Made by a program: the position numbers and the translations under genes. DNA of 50,613 nt from Octopus bimaculoides (Eukaryota): positions 37,972,011-38,022,623 of the forward strand of contig NC_068990.1 in assembly GCF_001194135.2 (NCBI RefSeq), written 5' to 3'. The notes beneath the pieces were generated by a model. That model ran no database searches, had not been told where the DNA came from, and saw nothing but the letters and a program-made list of their open reading frames with translations. This document shows positions 11,143-23,625 of the stretch, one piece after another (position 1 is the stretch's first letter; each line of letters opens with the position of its first letter).

Positions 11143-12935
11143 CGGGTATGTATATATGTATGAATTCATGCACATCTGCAATTATGTACGAAAGTATGTA
11201 TAGATGCAGGCATATATGCTCGTATGTATGAATATACATATAGATGTAGGCATAGATGCATATATGTATGTTTCTATGTAAATAAAGTATATATTTATGT
11301 ATGTTAGAAATTATGCATGTGTACTGCTTCACTCATAAACAAGCATCTCAAAGAAGAATTAAACAAAAACAAACTTTCTTTTCGTCATTGGAGCTTAGAA
11401 AATTGCCTCTGCCTTAAAATTTATTTTGATTATTTAACATACTACTTGATAAAATTTTTTCTGACAATTTAATATCTTTTATTAGCAGTCTAAATCTTGT
11501 ATTAACAGGGAATATAAATATTTTAGGAGGGGCTGAAAATTATCGAGGAGGCACAAAATTTTTATGGAGATGCATAAAAGGATTAGGAGTAGAACATATC
11601 TTGAGGGGTTGGAAAAAAAAGTTTAGTTTTTAGTAAGAGCATAAAATTTTTTAAGGGCCTCAAAATATTTTTATATGAATATAAATTTCTGTTTAAGAGC
11701 AGCTATTTTTAAGTAGAGAACAATTTTATGAGGATTAGAAAAAATTTTAATACGAGCCGGAAGATTAACAAATTTTAAATTTGTATAAAGAAATAACATT
11801 GATATTGATAGTGTAAAAAAAGATATTGATTTGTTTGAACGTTAATGTTTGATGCTAATTTTATGCAAATGTTTTAATACTTTTATAAAGTTGAGAATTC
11901 AAATGAAATCGATATCATGTGAGATACTTTTTTGTTTTCCTTATATAAATCATTGCATGGTTTACTTGAGTGTTTTTTCTTTTTTAATTCTATAACTTTA
12001 TATTATATATAAGTAAATTTGGTCTGTGCAAAGTTTGATTTAATTTTGAACAAGTAAAATTACAAACAAACAATCTGTGAAATTATTTAAGAATTTTAGA
12101 TTCTGCAATTTCTGCCATGATATAGAACAGCTACATGAGTGTCTATCTGTAACCAGACATTCATGTCCACTTAAAAACACAATAACTGGTTGCCATAGAA
12201 AAAAAAAAAAAATTGTTTTCAAGCTTCTTGACTGAGAAATCTTCTATGAACTCCTGAAGAAAAAGTCAAAAAGAATCAGTGAACCAAAAACAGTGGAAAG
12301 ACGGGATGCTAGGAAACAAATTGACTGAAATTGTGAGCAAGATAAACTTAAAAATAGTGAAGAGAAAGACTGCATGCCACAGAAAAATACTGACCAAAAG
12401 AAAAGGCAAACAAAGACTGCAGAAGAAAATAAGATTGGTATAAATGAAATTGGCTGCCCTCAAGCATTATAGAATGAGATCAAAAGAGTGAGTCTGATTG
12501 ATAAAGCTATTAGCACACCAGGCCTATTTAATATGGGATGCTACTGAATTGCTCCAGTCAAAGACGGATTCAGAAGAAAGGCAGCTAAGGTTGGAAATGA
12601 ATAGGAGGGTGGGTCATGCAGGGCAAGGGATCAGGGAAAGCTGTACTAGTTATCCCTTACTTATATTGTCAATGATACACCAATCCACTCCGGTATTTGC
12701 TTGATATATTTAAATGTAAGAAATGTGGTGTATTCAAGTTCAAAGAAAAGACATCAAGATTGTGTTTTTGTGACAGTAAACACATTTTAGAGCCCTTAAC
12801 AGTTTTGCCTTCCACCACAACATTCTTAAGTAATTTATATCAGGTACAATCTGTTAAGCAAACATTTCTTTGACAACATCTGAACTTACAATAGCAGTTT
12901 CACCTTCACGGAGAGTTAGAACCTATACTTTAGAG

Positions 12936-13265
12936 CAGTGGTTCCCAAACTTTTTCAGACTGCCAGCCCCTTGACACCCAGGTCACATTCCTAGCGCCTC
13001 CTCCCCAACTAACCATCACAAACATAGACCTCTTTCTGAAGCAAATTCAAAGCAATTGTATTTCACAAATAAAACCTAACCTAACGACGAACCCATTATT
13101 TTGCTGTTTTTATATTTCTCCACTTTTTACATGAATCTCTACCCCATCATTGCCCCAATTTTTACATGAATCACTACCCCATTATTGCCCCACTTTTCTT
13201 CAATGCCCCCTTGGAACTTTCCACCGTCCCCAGGTGGGCAATACTGCCTGCTTTGCGAATCACTG
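12936..13265. mobile_element. Non-autonomous hAT (Charlie-like) MITE
   Basis: Terminal inverted repeats CAGTGGTTCCCAAA / TTTGCGAATCACTG (12/14); 8-bp duplication CTTTAGAG / CTTTAAAG. Confidence 0.85.
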
Positions 13266-13560
13266 CTTTAAAGTCCATGGACTCTAAAGTACGATACTAA
13301 ATTTTCACCCATTTGGCTCAGCCTATCTCAGAAAAAAGCCATGCTAAATATATCCTGGCTTATTTTCTTGACACCTGTGAAGAACCACTGGATGCTAAAA
13401 AAAAAAAAAAGACAACAGCTATCTAAAACTAGATATTCTTAAAATATTTAGAGAATTGTTTCAATTAAATAATCATATGGTTCATGAACTGGACGTTGCA
13501 CAAGATATACTTCTTGCTATAGACATTGGTGAGACATTTCATGTGAAACAACCTAATACT

Positions 13561-13958
13561 CTCTTTACTCTTTTACTTATTTCAGTCATTTGACTGCAGC
13601 CATACTGGGGCACCGCCTTTAGTCGAATCAAATCAACCCCAGGACTTATTCTTTGTAAGCCTAGTACTTATTCTATTGGTCTCTTTTTGCTGAACCGCTA
13701 AGTTACGTAAACACACCAGCATCGGTTGTCAAGCGATGGTGGGAGGACAAACACAGACACACAAACATATATACATATATATATACATATATACGACGGG
13801 TTTCTTTCAGTTTCCGACTACCAAATCCACTCACAAGGCTTTGGTTGGCCTGAGGCTATAGTAGAAGACACTTGCCCAAGGTATCACGCAGTGGGACTGA
13901 ATCTGGAACCATGTGGTTGGTAAGCAAGCTACTTACCACACAGCCACTCCTGCACCTA
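13561..13958 (-). mobile_element. tRNA-derived SINE, family B (CORE-like), full length
   Basis: Homologous to 28680-29151; CORE-like accttgggcaagtg on the minus strand, internal TA/CA microsatellite, (gagtaaaa)n tail. Confidence 0.92.
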
Positions 13959-15619
13959 AACTTTTCTTTAATAATATTGGCTATTAAATGAAAATTGTTT
14001 TATTATTACATGATTTGCAGTTTTCTCAACAATTGGCATCAAACATGCCCTGTCTCCCATATTTTTTTTATCATATCAATGTTAAATGTACAGCTGACTT
14101 CCACTAGAAAAATAGTTTTGTTTTATGATCCAAACAGCAAAATCAGGTCAGTTGTCTTTCCATTTGGTTGAAGAATTAATTCTTTAGTCAATATTGCTAT
14201 GATTCATTATTCTCAAAATGTTCAGTGTGTATTTGTCAATTTGATGTTTTAATGATGAGGCAGATATTCGAATGTGCCTTGGAGAGAAATCTGTGTCATT
14301 TTTATTCAATGTTACTCCTCAAATTCATTAACTATCCTAATGTGTGAACTTATATATAACTTTACATAGTCAAACACGCATTCACACACACACACACGAA
14401 TATATGCGTGAGTATTCTCATATATATATATATATATATTGATATGTATATATGTATGTATGTATATATGTATGTATGATTGTATGTATATGAATATATA
14501 TATTTCAATAACATCATAAGATAATTTTATATTGGTTTGGGATATAAATCATTGAATTGTTGATAGTATTGTATGTATAATTAATGACTTGTGAAATTTA
14601 TGTCCAGTTAAACAATAAATAAAAGCAAAACAAACAAAAGCTTTTGATAACAAAATCCTGACAATAAAATCATAAAATAATAAAGTAATATGATGAACAA
14701 TTAACAGCTTAGAATATAACCCCACAAACTTACCTTGTCATTTCTTTCTCCTCAAAATAATGAACAATTGATTTTTTTTAATACATGTACAATAGAAAAA
14801 AAACATATCCAACTGTGAAAATGATTAATCTTTTTGTAGAAGAGCTGCCAATTGGTTGATGTCAATTGTTGGGAATTTTAGTAAAATATGCCCAAGATTT
14901 GTCATTCTAAGTCAAATACCTACACTTTTTAATTAATCCCTTAACAATTATTAATTCTTAAATGTTTATTTTTATTCAAATGTAATTACAAAATTTTTTG
15001 GAGAATGGTAGTCTTGCTTTTCTTTGTAGCTATAAGCTTCCTGTAATTACTCACTATCAATCTTGCCAGGGCCTTTCTAGAATCCCTATTCTCATGAGGC
15101 AATGAGGGAGTTTCTCCGTGAACTACAGTTTTTTAAAGAACAGCAGCTAAACATCTTAATATTATAATCATCTTAAAGAAGAGAGTATATAATTTACAGA
15201 GCATACAATTGCACACTAAAATCTTTAAAAAGATAAAATTTAAAATCATATTGGATAATATACATTAAGGCATGTAATACCAAAACAAATGAAGTGATGG
15301 CCATGGTAAGAATGCTTTTCTTTTGATCATAGGTCTGCTTAATCCATGCTGGTCTGAAGTTAAACAACAGTAATAAGCTTATTCTTGCAATTTTGTAATA
15401 TTTCACTCGTATTTATATCAATTCTTATTGTTTTGGAAATTTAGCTATAATTAATACCTGAATGAACTGGTCTATGACCGACAACTTTCTTTCTATAAGT
15501 ACCACATCTTTGTATTTTTACCAGGTTTGACACCAAGTTATTTTATCCATTAAGTGTTTTCTGGTTTTATTTGAGAGAAATTTGGTTGCTATTAATAACA
15601 TGTTCAGTGAGTACGTATA

Positions 15620-17375
15620 GGCACACTCGCTTGCTCATTAAGACAACGTATGATATTTTAGTGATCCAGAATGGATATAAAAACATAGGAACATTGAAAG
15701 GTAGGTCTGTCTGGTGATATTGTTGAGATGCTGGAATAGAGGCGTGTAGATGTGTGTTACATTCAAGAAATAAGGTGGAGGGGAGCTTCTGCCAAGTTTC
15801 TCACAGGCAAAGAACATGTGTAGGCAACAGTGATGGGGCTGGTGGTGTGGGTATAATTCTTGCTGAAAAATGGGTTGATGAGACAATCGAGGTATTCAGA
15901 GTGTGTGACAGGATATTTAAGCTTAGACTTGTTTTATAAAGCAGAACCACAACTATTATTTCTGCCTATGCTCCTCAAGCAGGACTACCAGAGGAATGGA
16001 AAGATCAATTTTATGACACCTTTTTTGCAGACTACCTTGTCGACAAATGTCTGTGACCCTTTCTTTGTGGTTGGTGACTTCATTGGACATCTCAAGCAGC
16101 ATCCGACCAGCTTTCATGGAGTGCATGGAGGCCGTGGATTTGGTTCGTGCAATGAGGAGGGAACTACGCTGCTAGGTTTCCTTGATGCAAATAGCCTCAT
16201 GATTAGCAATACTAACTTCAGGAATCAGCCGGTCACTTGTTCACCTATCAATCTGGTGGATACATAAGCCAGATTGACTACATTCTCACCAGAAAAGGCG
16301 ATAGATAACTGCTAAAAAATGCAAATTTCTCCCCAGGTGAGGAGGGCACCCCTTAACATAGGTTAGTCGTTAATGACTTCAGACTTAGGGATAAAAGGTT
16401 GCCAAGAAGACAACCATTCCAGAAAGAAAAGATTTAGGAGCAAAGGATCCTCTGAATGATCAGAAATTTAGATGCTGTCACTAGAGTGAAGGTTAGCAAT
16501 GAGTATAGCAATGAATTTAGTGTACAAGTAGTTGTTAACCAAAGATTAGTTCTCAGTCACCCACCTTGTTTATCATAGTCCTCCGGGTCATAACAGAAGA
16601 ATTCAAGACTGGCTGCACTTGGGAGCTCCTCTGCATTGATGACCTTGTTTTTATAGCTGAATCACTACCAGAACAAGAAAAGAAAGTTCAGGTGTGGAAG
16701 CAAAGTAGGGAATCAAAAGGCCTTAGAATTAATTTAGTTAAGACCAAAGTCCTAGTAAGTAAAAATCAGGCAAGTCTCAGATACCTTCAGGGAGATAACT
16801 CTGCTCGATATGTAGGAAAGTTGTTGGTAAAAACAACATATAGTATACACAGGACATAAGAAGTGCAAAAGTATCACGGAAAGGTTAACTAAAGAAGATG
16901 TTGTTCTGAAGGATAGATATGCAAGTAGAATAAACATTAAGAATGTACAGAGAAAATACTTTTTCAAATGTCTGCAGGAAACCTTAGAAGTACTAGGTAG
17001 CTTCCGTTATCTAGGCGACCAAATAAGCAGTGGAGGTGAAAGTTATGAAAGCGTAGTTAGTAGAATGGGAACAGGCTGGACAAAATTCAGAGAGCTACTA
17101 CCGTTGTTGGGAACAAAGGGCTTTTCCTTGAGTGGATGGCATATTGTATGACGCATGTGTACGTACAGCTACGTTACATGACACTAAAATATGAGCTATG
17201 ACAACTAAGAACAGGCATGAAAGAAATGCGACCAGCATACTCTGCTGGATGAGTAATGTTAGTGTGCCTGTATGACAGAGTGTAAATGAATGAAAAGAAA
17301 ATCTGGGTATAAGAAGCATCTGTTGTAGTGTGCAAAAGAAAAGACTGCGCTGATATCGTCACGTAATGCAATCAA
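15620..17375 (+). mobile_element. RTE-clade LINE fossil (APE endonuclease plus RT C-half, internally deleted)
   Basis: VDVCYIQEIRWRG, GVGIILAEKW, ISAYAPQAG, VVGDFIGH, NEEG..LL, SQIDYIL, HRLVV; then WELLCIDDLV (cf. LYADD), KGLRINLVKTKVL, SFRYLGDQIS; many stops and frameshifts. Confidence 0.92.
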
Positions 17376-17429
17376 TACAGTAACCAATACAGTAACCATA
17401 ATAATAATAATACAATCCCACCTATTTTT

Positions 17430-18140
17430 CCTAGCAACTTCTGTTGTGACTACATGGAATTGATTATGTAGCTCCTTGTTGTGTAATTCTTCTTCATGTC
17501 CTTTTTGTACTTCTACCTTCGTTTTCCCCTTTTTTTCTCTGCTCTCAATACTTCTTCGTTCCTAACTCTCACTTGCAACGTTTCCTTTCTTTGGGCTAGG
17601 TATCGCATTAAGCTCTTGAGTTCGATACATACACAGTTTTCCACACTTATTAGTCTCCGTCTTCCAGTTGCTTTCTTTATGTATAGGTCATCAGTGTCTG
17701 CACATGAATGATGGGCTCCATGCATCGTTAGGAGCTTTCTTGACTTCATGTCCATCTCCTTTAGCTCCTCCTCTGCCCACTTCTGGATTCAAGTGCCATA
17801 CCGAACTACTGCGACTGCGCACGTGTTTGTTGTTGAAATTATGTTCCTGGCATTCAGCTTTGAAGCCAGTATTTTTCTCATTCGCCGTAGTTACACTCTT
17901 TTTGTCTTTTCCTTCATGCCGCTGTGTTTAATTCCATCTGCCTTGAGTAATCTGGATTGAGGTTGAATTGCCTTCATCATCTCACCACTTGGCAAACATA
18001 TGACTTCTGTCCTGCCAAACTTTCCTCGTCACATCACCATCGTTGCACATTTTGAGAGCCCAAACTCCATCTTAATATCATTAGGCAAAATCTGCACAGA
18101 TTGGACTAAGCTGTCCAATTCTGCTTCACGTTTTGTGAAT
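17430..18140 (-). mobile_element. Dong/R4-type RT C-terminal fragment
   Basis: LDSLVQSVQIFPNDIKMEFGLSKCA...KILASKLNARN...AVAVVRYG...MDMKSRKLLTMHGAHHSCADTDDLYI. Confidence 0.88.
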
Positions 18141-18476
18141 AACCTCAAGTCGTAAAATTATTATTATTGTTGTTATCATCATCATCGTCATCATCATCAT
18201 CATCATCATGATCATTAGTAGTAGTAGTATCATCACCACTTTTTTCTTGTTGTATTTAGTGCATTTATATTGTAATATGTAGTTGTGCATATATGTTTGT
18301 GGGTTCATTTGTGTGAGTGTGTGAGCGTATTCAGAATTACTGGCAAAATTTCCTCATTTAAATTCTCCCTATTAACATGAACATATACACGCATGAATCT
18401 CCCTGGATTACACTCACAGTTTTGCATAGTCGTACGCAGATAAAGATACACACTATTATACAAACACATATGTTTA

Positions 18477-18558
<82 letters not shown>

Positions 18559-18629
18559 TCCAAATTATCGTATAAACACAAAGGCTATTCAATATAACTA
18601 TACATATGTAGAATGTAGAAATATAGGCC

Positions 18630-19720
18630 ACATCACAGGAATAAACTTTGACTGGCTGACATCTTTTTGCCAGAAGCAAAATTTATTTTGACATAATTGA
18701 AATAAATCCTATAAGAACAGTCTGAATAAGGAAGAAATAAGAGAAAATTAATACAGTAATGTAAATAATATAAGCTGAAAAAATACGAATAAATATAGAA
18801 AATAAATATATACATAAAATATATGTATATTCTATAAAAAATAAATGACATACAAACATAATATAAAAATATAATTATATATGAAATAAAAAAATCAATA
18901 TAAAAATATAAATATATATGAAATTCAAAATATAAAATATATATAAGTATGGAACACATGAAATATAAAAAAAATATGATATAAAATACAAAAAAAATAA
19001 ATGTAAAATATAGACAATGAAAATGAAAAAGATATATATACATACACACACACATAAGGTATAGAGATTAAAATAAATATAAAATATTAAAATATTAAAA
19101 TATATATGTATAAAAGTAATATTTGAAAATATGTAAAATAATCAAGACTAAATTTAAAATGAAACTAAAGAAGAATGTAATATATAGAAATAAGAAACAA
19201 TTTAAAGTAAGTACAATAAATTAAACAAAATAAAAAAAATCTATTTTAAAATAAAACTATCTGATATAAAATATACACATCCTAAAAAAGAGGTAATGTG
19301 AAAATCAATTAAATAGGGAAAACGTAAGTAAAAATGAAAGTATATAAACTATGAAATATAAAATAACATTTAAATGTATAAATATAAAGTATGAAAATAC
19401 AAAAATAAAATATTTTCATGTAAGTAAAATAATGAAAAGCTATGCAAAAATACATATATAGCTATTGTATAAGATATGAAATGTAATTTATGAAATATAA
19501 AATATAAGAACATATATCTAGCATTGTAAGTACAGTAATGAACACTAAACTAAGAATAAAATTACTATATATAGTTACAAAATATGTAAAAGATAAATAT
19601 ATAGTAGATAGAATATAGTAAAAAAATATTTAAAAAAAACATATATTATAACATATATAGAATAGTATGAAAGAAAGTAAAATAAATGTAACAGAAATAA
19701 AACTTAAAATAAAACACCAT
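18630..19720. repeat. Extremely AT-rich, A-biased low-complexity tract
   Basis: About 1.1 kb of AAATATAA / ATGAAATAT-like motifs with very few G or C. Confidence 0.85.
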
Positions 19721-20637
19721 AATTTTAAGTAATAATGAGACTATAGGAAAATAACTTAATATTATTTTCTTAATGGTTTTAATCTTTGGATAACTTGGAC
19801 AGTTTCTGGACAAGCAATGCTTGGGCACATTATTTTAAGGTTTCGGTCTCTTGTGCTAATCCCACTACCTTGATACATGTTGAATCAATCCTGTAAAGGA
19901 TAAACTAGGTAAGATTAACGTGATGTAAAGCTAAGTGACTCGGACTAAATACAAGAAAGAGTATTTGTTTTGGTCATTATTTTCGATTATTTATTTCCAA
20001 TCCACATTTTCTCTGATTATCAGATTTCACTGACAAGGAACAGTAAAATACTGTTGCTGCACAAAATTCTTTCTGACAGAATGTCTTACAGTAGCTCTTA
20101 GAAAATATACTTGGAGATAAAAAAAAAAACGTACCAAAAGTACTCTAAATTCCCCTCGTCACCAAACTTCAGTTGTTCAAAGAAAAAGATCTTTACTTCT
20201 CATATGATACGCTACTTGCCTTAGAAGATGAAAATGTGAAAATAACAGAGAACCTTTGCATTGAAAATAACCGCCAGGTAGCACAAAATAATCCTACAAT
20301 CGTGGAATATTCGTCAATCATGGTTGACCTGACAATGCATCTGCACATACATGAACAAGCGTGGACAATCCTTGAATGAAAATTAAGAGTTGTTCATACA
20401 TGTAAGTCTACCTTTTCTACATCACCAAAATTTATGTAAGAGGGAAGACCGCCGATCTGAGTGATACAGCTTGGAATTAGAGTCATTCAAAACATTATGC
20501 CATCTGTTGGATGTATTTTTCATCTCATTTATAAATGGTGCACCTAAAGTACTACACATGCTTTTCTGTAAGGATATTGACTATTTTCCCACAAAGAGAG
20601 ATGTAAGTACGCACCAAAAAATAACATAAGTGTCTAT

Positions 20638-20775
20638 CTTTTGCTTATTTCAGTCATTGGTCAGCCTGAGACTATAGTAGAAGACGCTCGCCCAAAGTGC
20701 CACGTAGTGAAACTGAACCCTGAACCATGTGGTTGGGAAGCAAGCTTCTTACCACACATTCACGTCTGTGCCTAT
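20638..20775 (-). mobile_element. Family-B SINE, internally deleted
   Basis: Tail (ttatttcagtcatt) joined directly to the CORE/head part (ctatagtagaagac...cttcttaccacac). Confidence 0.8.
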
Positions 20776-21690
20776 AAATATTGTTACACAGCATTTATTT
20801 TAATCCGGCATACTTTTTGCATGTTCTCTCTAAAATCTAGTTACAACGAAAAGAACGTGGTCTCAAACGAAACATTCAATCTTTAAATCCTTCAAATAAG
20901 TGCACCACAACACTTTCTTCCCCATTACCACCAAAGAGAGTAAGTCCATCTTCTTTCATTTGTCAAAGGAATCAGTAGTTCGATCTTCACGATAAATTCT
21001 GATGACAACTTCATCTGCCACAAACCTAATATCAAACGTTCAACATAAACACATAGATCAGAAATGCAAAGACACTGAGTGGAATGTTTGTAGAATGTTT
21101 CGTCCCAACTCCTGTGCACCCCTTAAACAGTTTCACCTGCTAGTGGTTCCCCTATAACCATGCTTATAGCACTCATCCCATAGAAATAATCGAATCTTTC
21201 TTCTATCCAAACATACTGTCTTACAAAATGGAAGTCGCAGTGGATGAAGTTGTCCTTGCCATAGTATGTCAGGAAAAAAGACAAGATGTGGTCATGGTAA
21301 GCATAACTTTGCTCATTGATCTACTCAGTTAGGGTTGGCTTGAATCAAAGCAACAATAACTATCACTATGTATACACATCCTATTTACACATTCACCCAG
21401 ATAAACATATTCCATTTGAGACAATCACTAGGGAATTCATGTTGTATCATAGCTATCAACGAATGTAAAAAAATATAAGTTGCTTTGTATGTTACATACA
21501 GTGTCAGGTTAAATAGTTTTTAGTCAGTAGCGTAGATAGCCAAGATGGAATCCATGGTTACGTAAAATGTTAGAATATCATCAAGTATAGCAAAACTTAC
21601 TGCATGTACAAAGCTAAATTTATTGATATGTGTATTAGACAACTCAGTGCTACACACACTCACACTGATACACACACACCACGCATACAG

Positions 21691-21725
<35 letters not shown>

Positions 21726-21938
21726 AACATATATATAGTATATTTAAACTGAACCATAAAAGAAACCTCGCACACATACTAAATACAATTGAATTATTAA
21801 CAGACTGCCATCCCATTGATTGAAGAATGCTAATTAAGAAACCGTTCTTTCTAATGACAAAACGTAATTTCCTGAAACATGGTGTACGTCACATGTTGTC
21901 ATGTGATGACGGAGTGTCCTGGATCCAAAGAGATGAAG

Positions 21939-22490
21939 TCAGTATCTCGTGTGACCACCATTAGCGTTGGTTACCGCCAGGCATTTTCTGTTCATTGAAT
22001 GCACCAAACGATTGATGAAGGCCACGGTAATAGCAGCCCGCACTCTGTTAAAATTTGCAGTGAGTTGTATTGCAGTTGTCATTTAGCCTTCTTTGGATTT
22101 CGTCCCACAGGTGCTCTATGGCGTTCAAATCAGGACTTAGAGCAGGCCATGACAGTGTCTCGATGTTGTGCTATTGGAGGACCTCTGTTGTCAACCTGAC
22201 AGTATGGGAACGGGTGTTTTTCGAGTTGGTACACGTGATTTTCGATGATGGGCACAGTAGGACAAAATAGGAGGCCTCAACACTTGGTCGATATAGCGAG
22301 CAGCGGTTTTTCCAGTGCCCCGGCCTGGAAGACCACTGCTCCAAGTTTTTGGTTGAGTGCAATCCTGCTCCATACCATGATGCTCTATCCTCCCCATGAG
22401 CCTCTCTCCACCACACAGCCATCGGCATGTCGTTCACCCCTTCTTCTCCAAACCCTAGTTGTGCCATCTGTCGCAGAAATACAATGTCGC
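21939..22490 (-). mobile_element. Tc1-family DDE transposase fossil
   Basis: DGTTRVWRRRGERHADGCVVER...SIMVWSRI...AARYIDQVLRP...NTRSHTVRLT...WPALSPDLNAIEHLWDEI...NANGGHTRY*; stops and frameshifts. Confidence 0.92.
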
Positions 22491-22652
22491 ATACATAAAG
22501 ACATACATTCACGCATGTCAGTCGTCACATGTGTATATGCATGTGTAGATGTGTGTGTGTGTTTAATAAGTATCTAACGCGGGAACACACACCCTGTCAG
22601 GGAGACATACACACTCATACACGCACACACATACACTCAGAGACACATATAC

Positions 22653-22719
22653 CCTCATATATGTGACGCTGTCGTCGTTGTGGTATAAAACGTCCTTTGC
22701 TATCTCGTACGTATCGAAC
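22653..22719 (-). CDS. Candidate internal exon of an unidentified gene
   Basis: tgtgtttgcag acceptor, GG|gtatat donor, two open frames (FDTYEIAKDVLYHNDDSVTYMR or VRYVRDSKGRFIPQRRQRHIYE); no homology recognised. Confidence 0.25.
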
Positions 22720-23140
22720 CTGCAAACACACACATAAAAGTGAATGATAAAAATGTAACAATATTATAGTTTTGTCGCATTAGAATGAAATGTTAAAGAA
22801 TAAAAATGAAACAATATCATATCACGCAAAGAAATCAATTTGTAGACAGAATTTACAAACTCCATTTCAGTGTATAAAGCTGTAGAAGAAAATAGCTTGA
22901 GAGAAAAAAACTTGGGTCACGAAGGAACATTCAGTGGTGTGGTTGAATTCTCACTGGTTAGTAATGAACGCTTATCGACTGTATTACAACGGTTTTCGAT
23001 AGAGGGAGAAATGTAAATAGTGTATTTAAAGAGATGGAGGGGAAAATTCTTTTAAATAAGTAATGTTGTAGGGAGAACGTACAAATACCGTGAGAACAAA
23101 GATATTTACGCACACCAAAATTGAACTTCACTAAAGTCAG

Positions 23141-23146
<6 letters not shown>

Positions 23147-23180
<34 letters not shown>

Positions 23181-23300
23181 CAGTGAAAGAAACATATAGA
23201 CTTCAAGAGATTAAAGAGAGGAAGTATTGCAGTGAGAAAAAGAGAAAGGAGAGATAAATAAACACAAAGGGAGGGAGGGAGGAAGAGAGAGAGAGAGGGA

Positions 23301-23345
<45 letters not shown>
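23147..23345. repeat. (GA)n-rich compound microsatellite
   Basis: Visible runs. Confidence 0.95.
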
Positions 23346-23346
<1 letters not shown>

Positions 23347-23429
23347 GAGAAGGGAGAGAATCTTGTGAAAACTGCATCTTTTAGAGAAAAACCCGAGTGA
23401 AACATCTTTTTTCCTGGTCAGTTTCTCGC

Positions 23430-23580
23430 ATTACGCAGGAGCTCTGGACAGAATGTTATAGTGCATGACCATTCTTGGCACATACTGTGTGTGTAAAGTT
23501 TGGTGAAAATCGGTTGAAAACTGCAGAATACGTACTACACACACACGCACACAAACACGCACACAAACACAAACATCATT

Positions 23581-23620
<40 letters not shown>
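23430..23620 (+). mobile_element. Helitron/Helentron-derived non-autonomous 3' end (DINE-1/Lep1-like architecture)
   Basis: aagtttggtgaaaatcggttgaaaactgcagaa, then a CA microsatellite and ttttatatatat, as in the aaatttcatcaaaatcgg-microsatellite-tatatatagat layout of such elements. Confidence 0.55.

Positions 23621-23625
<5 letters not shown>

Noticed and set aside
12240-12710. L1/Tx1 RT fragment (GIRESCTSYPLL vs GVRQGCPLSPLL)
   Set aside because: Only one weak motif, with no flanking RT motifs in register.
17399-18170. Dong fragment flanked by a duplicated TAA target
   Set aside because: The two flanking tracts are in opposite orientation, so they are not a target-site duplication.
21497-21520. 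TA|CAGTG as the terminal repeat of the Tc1 fossil
   Set aside because: About 440 bp from the stop codon with no matching opposite end in the window, so it cannot be verified.
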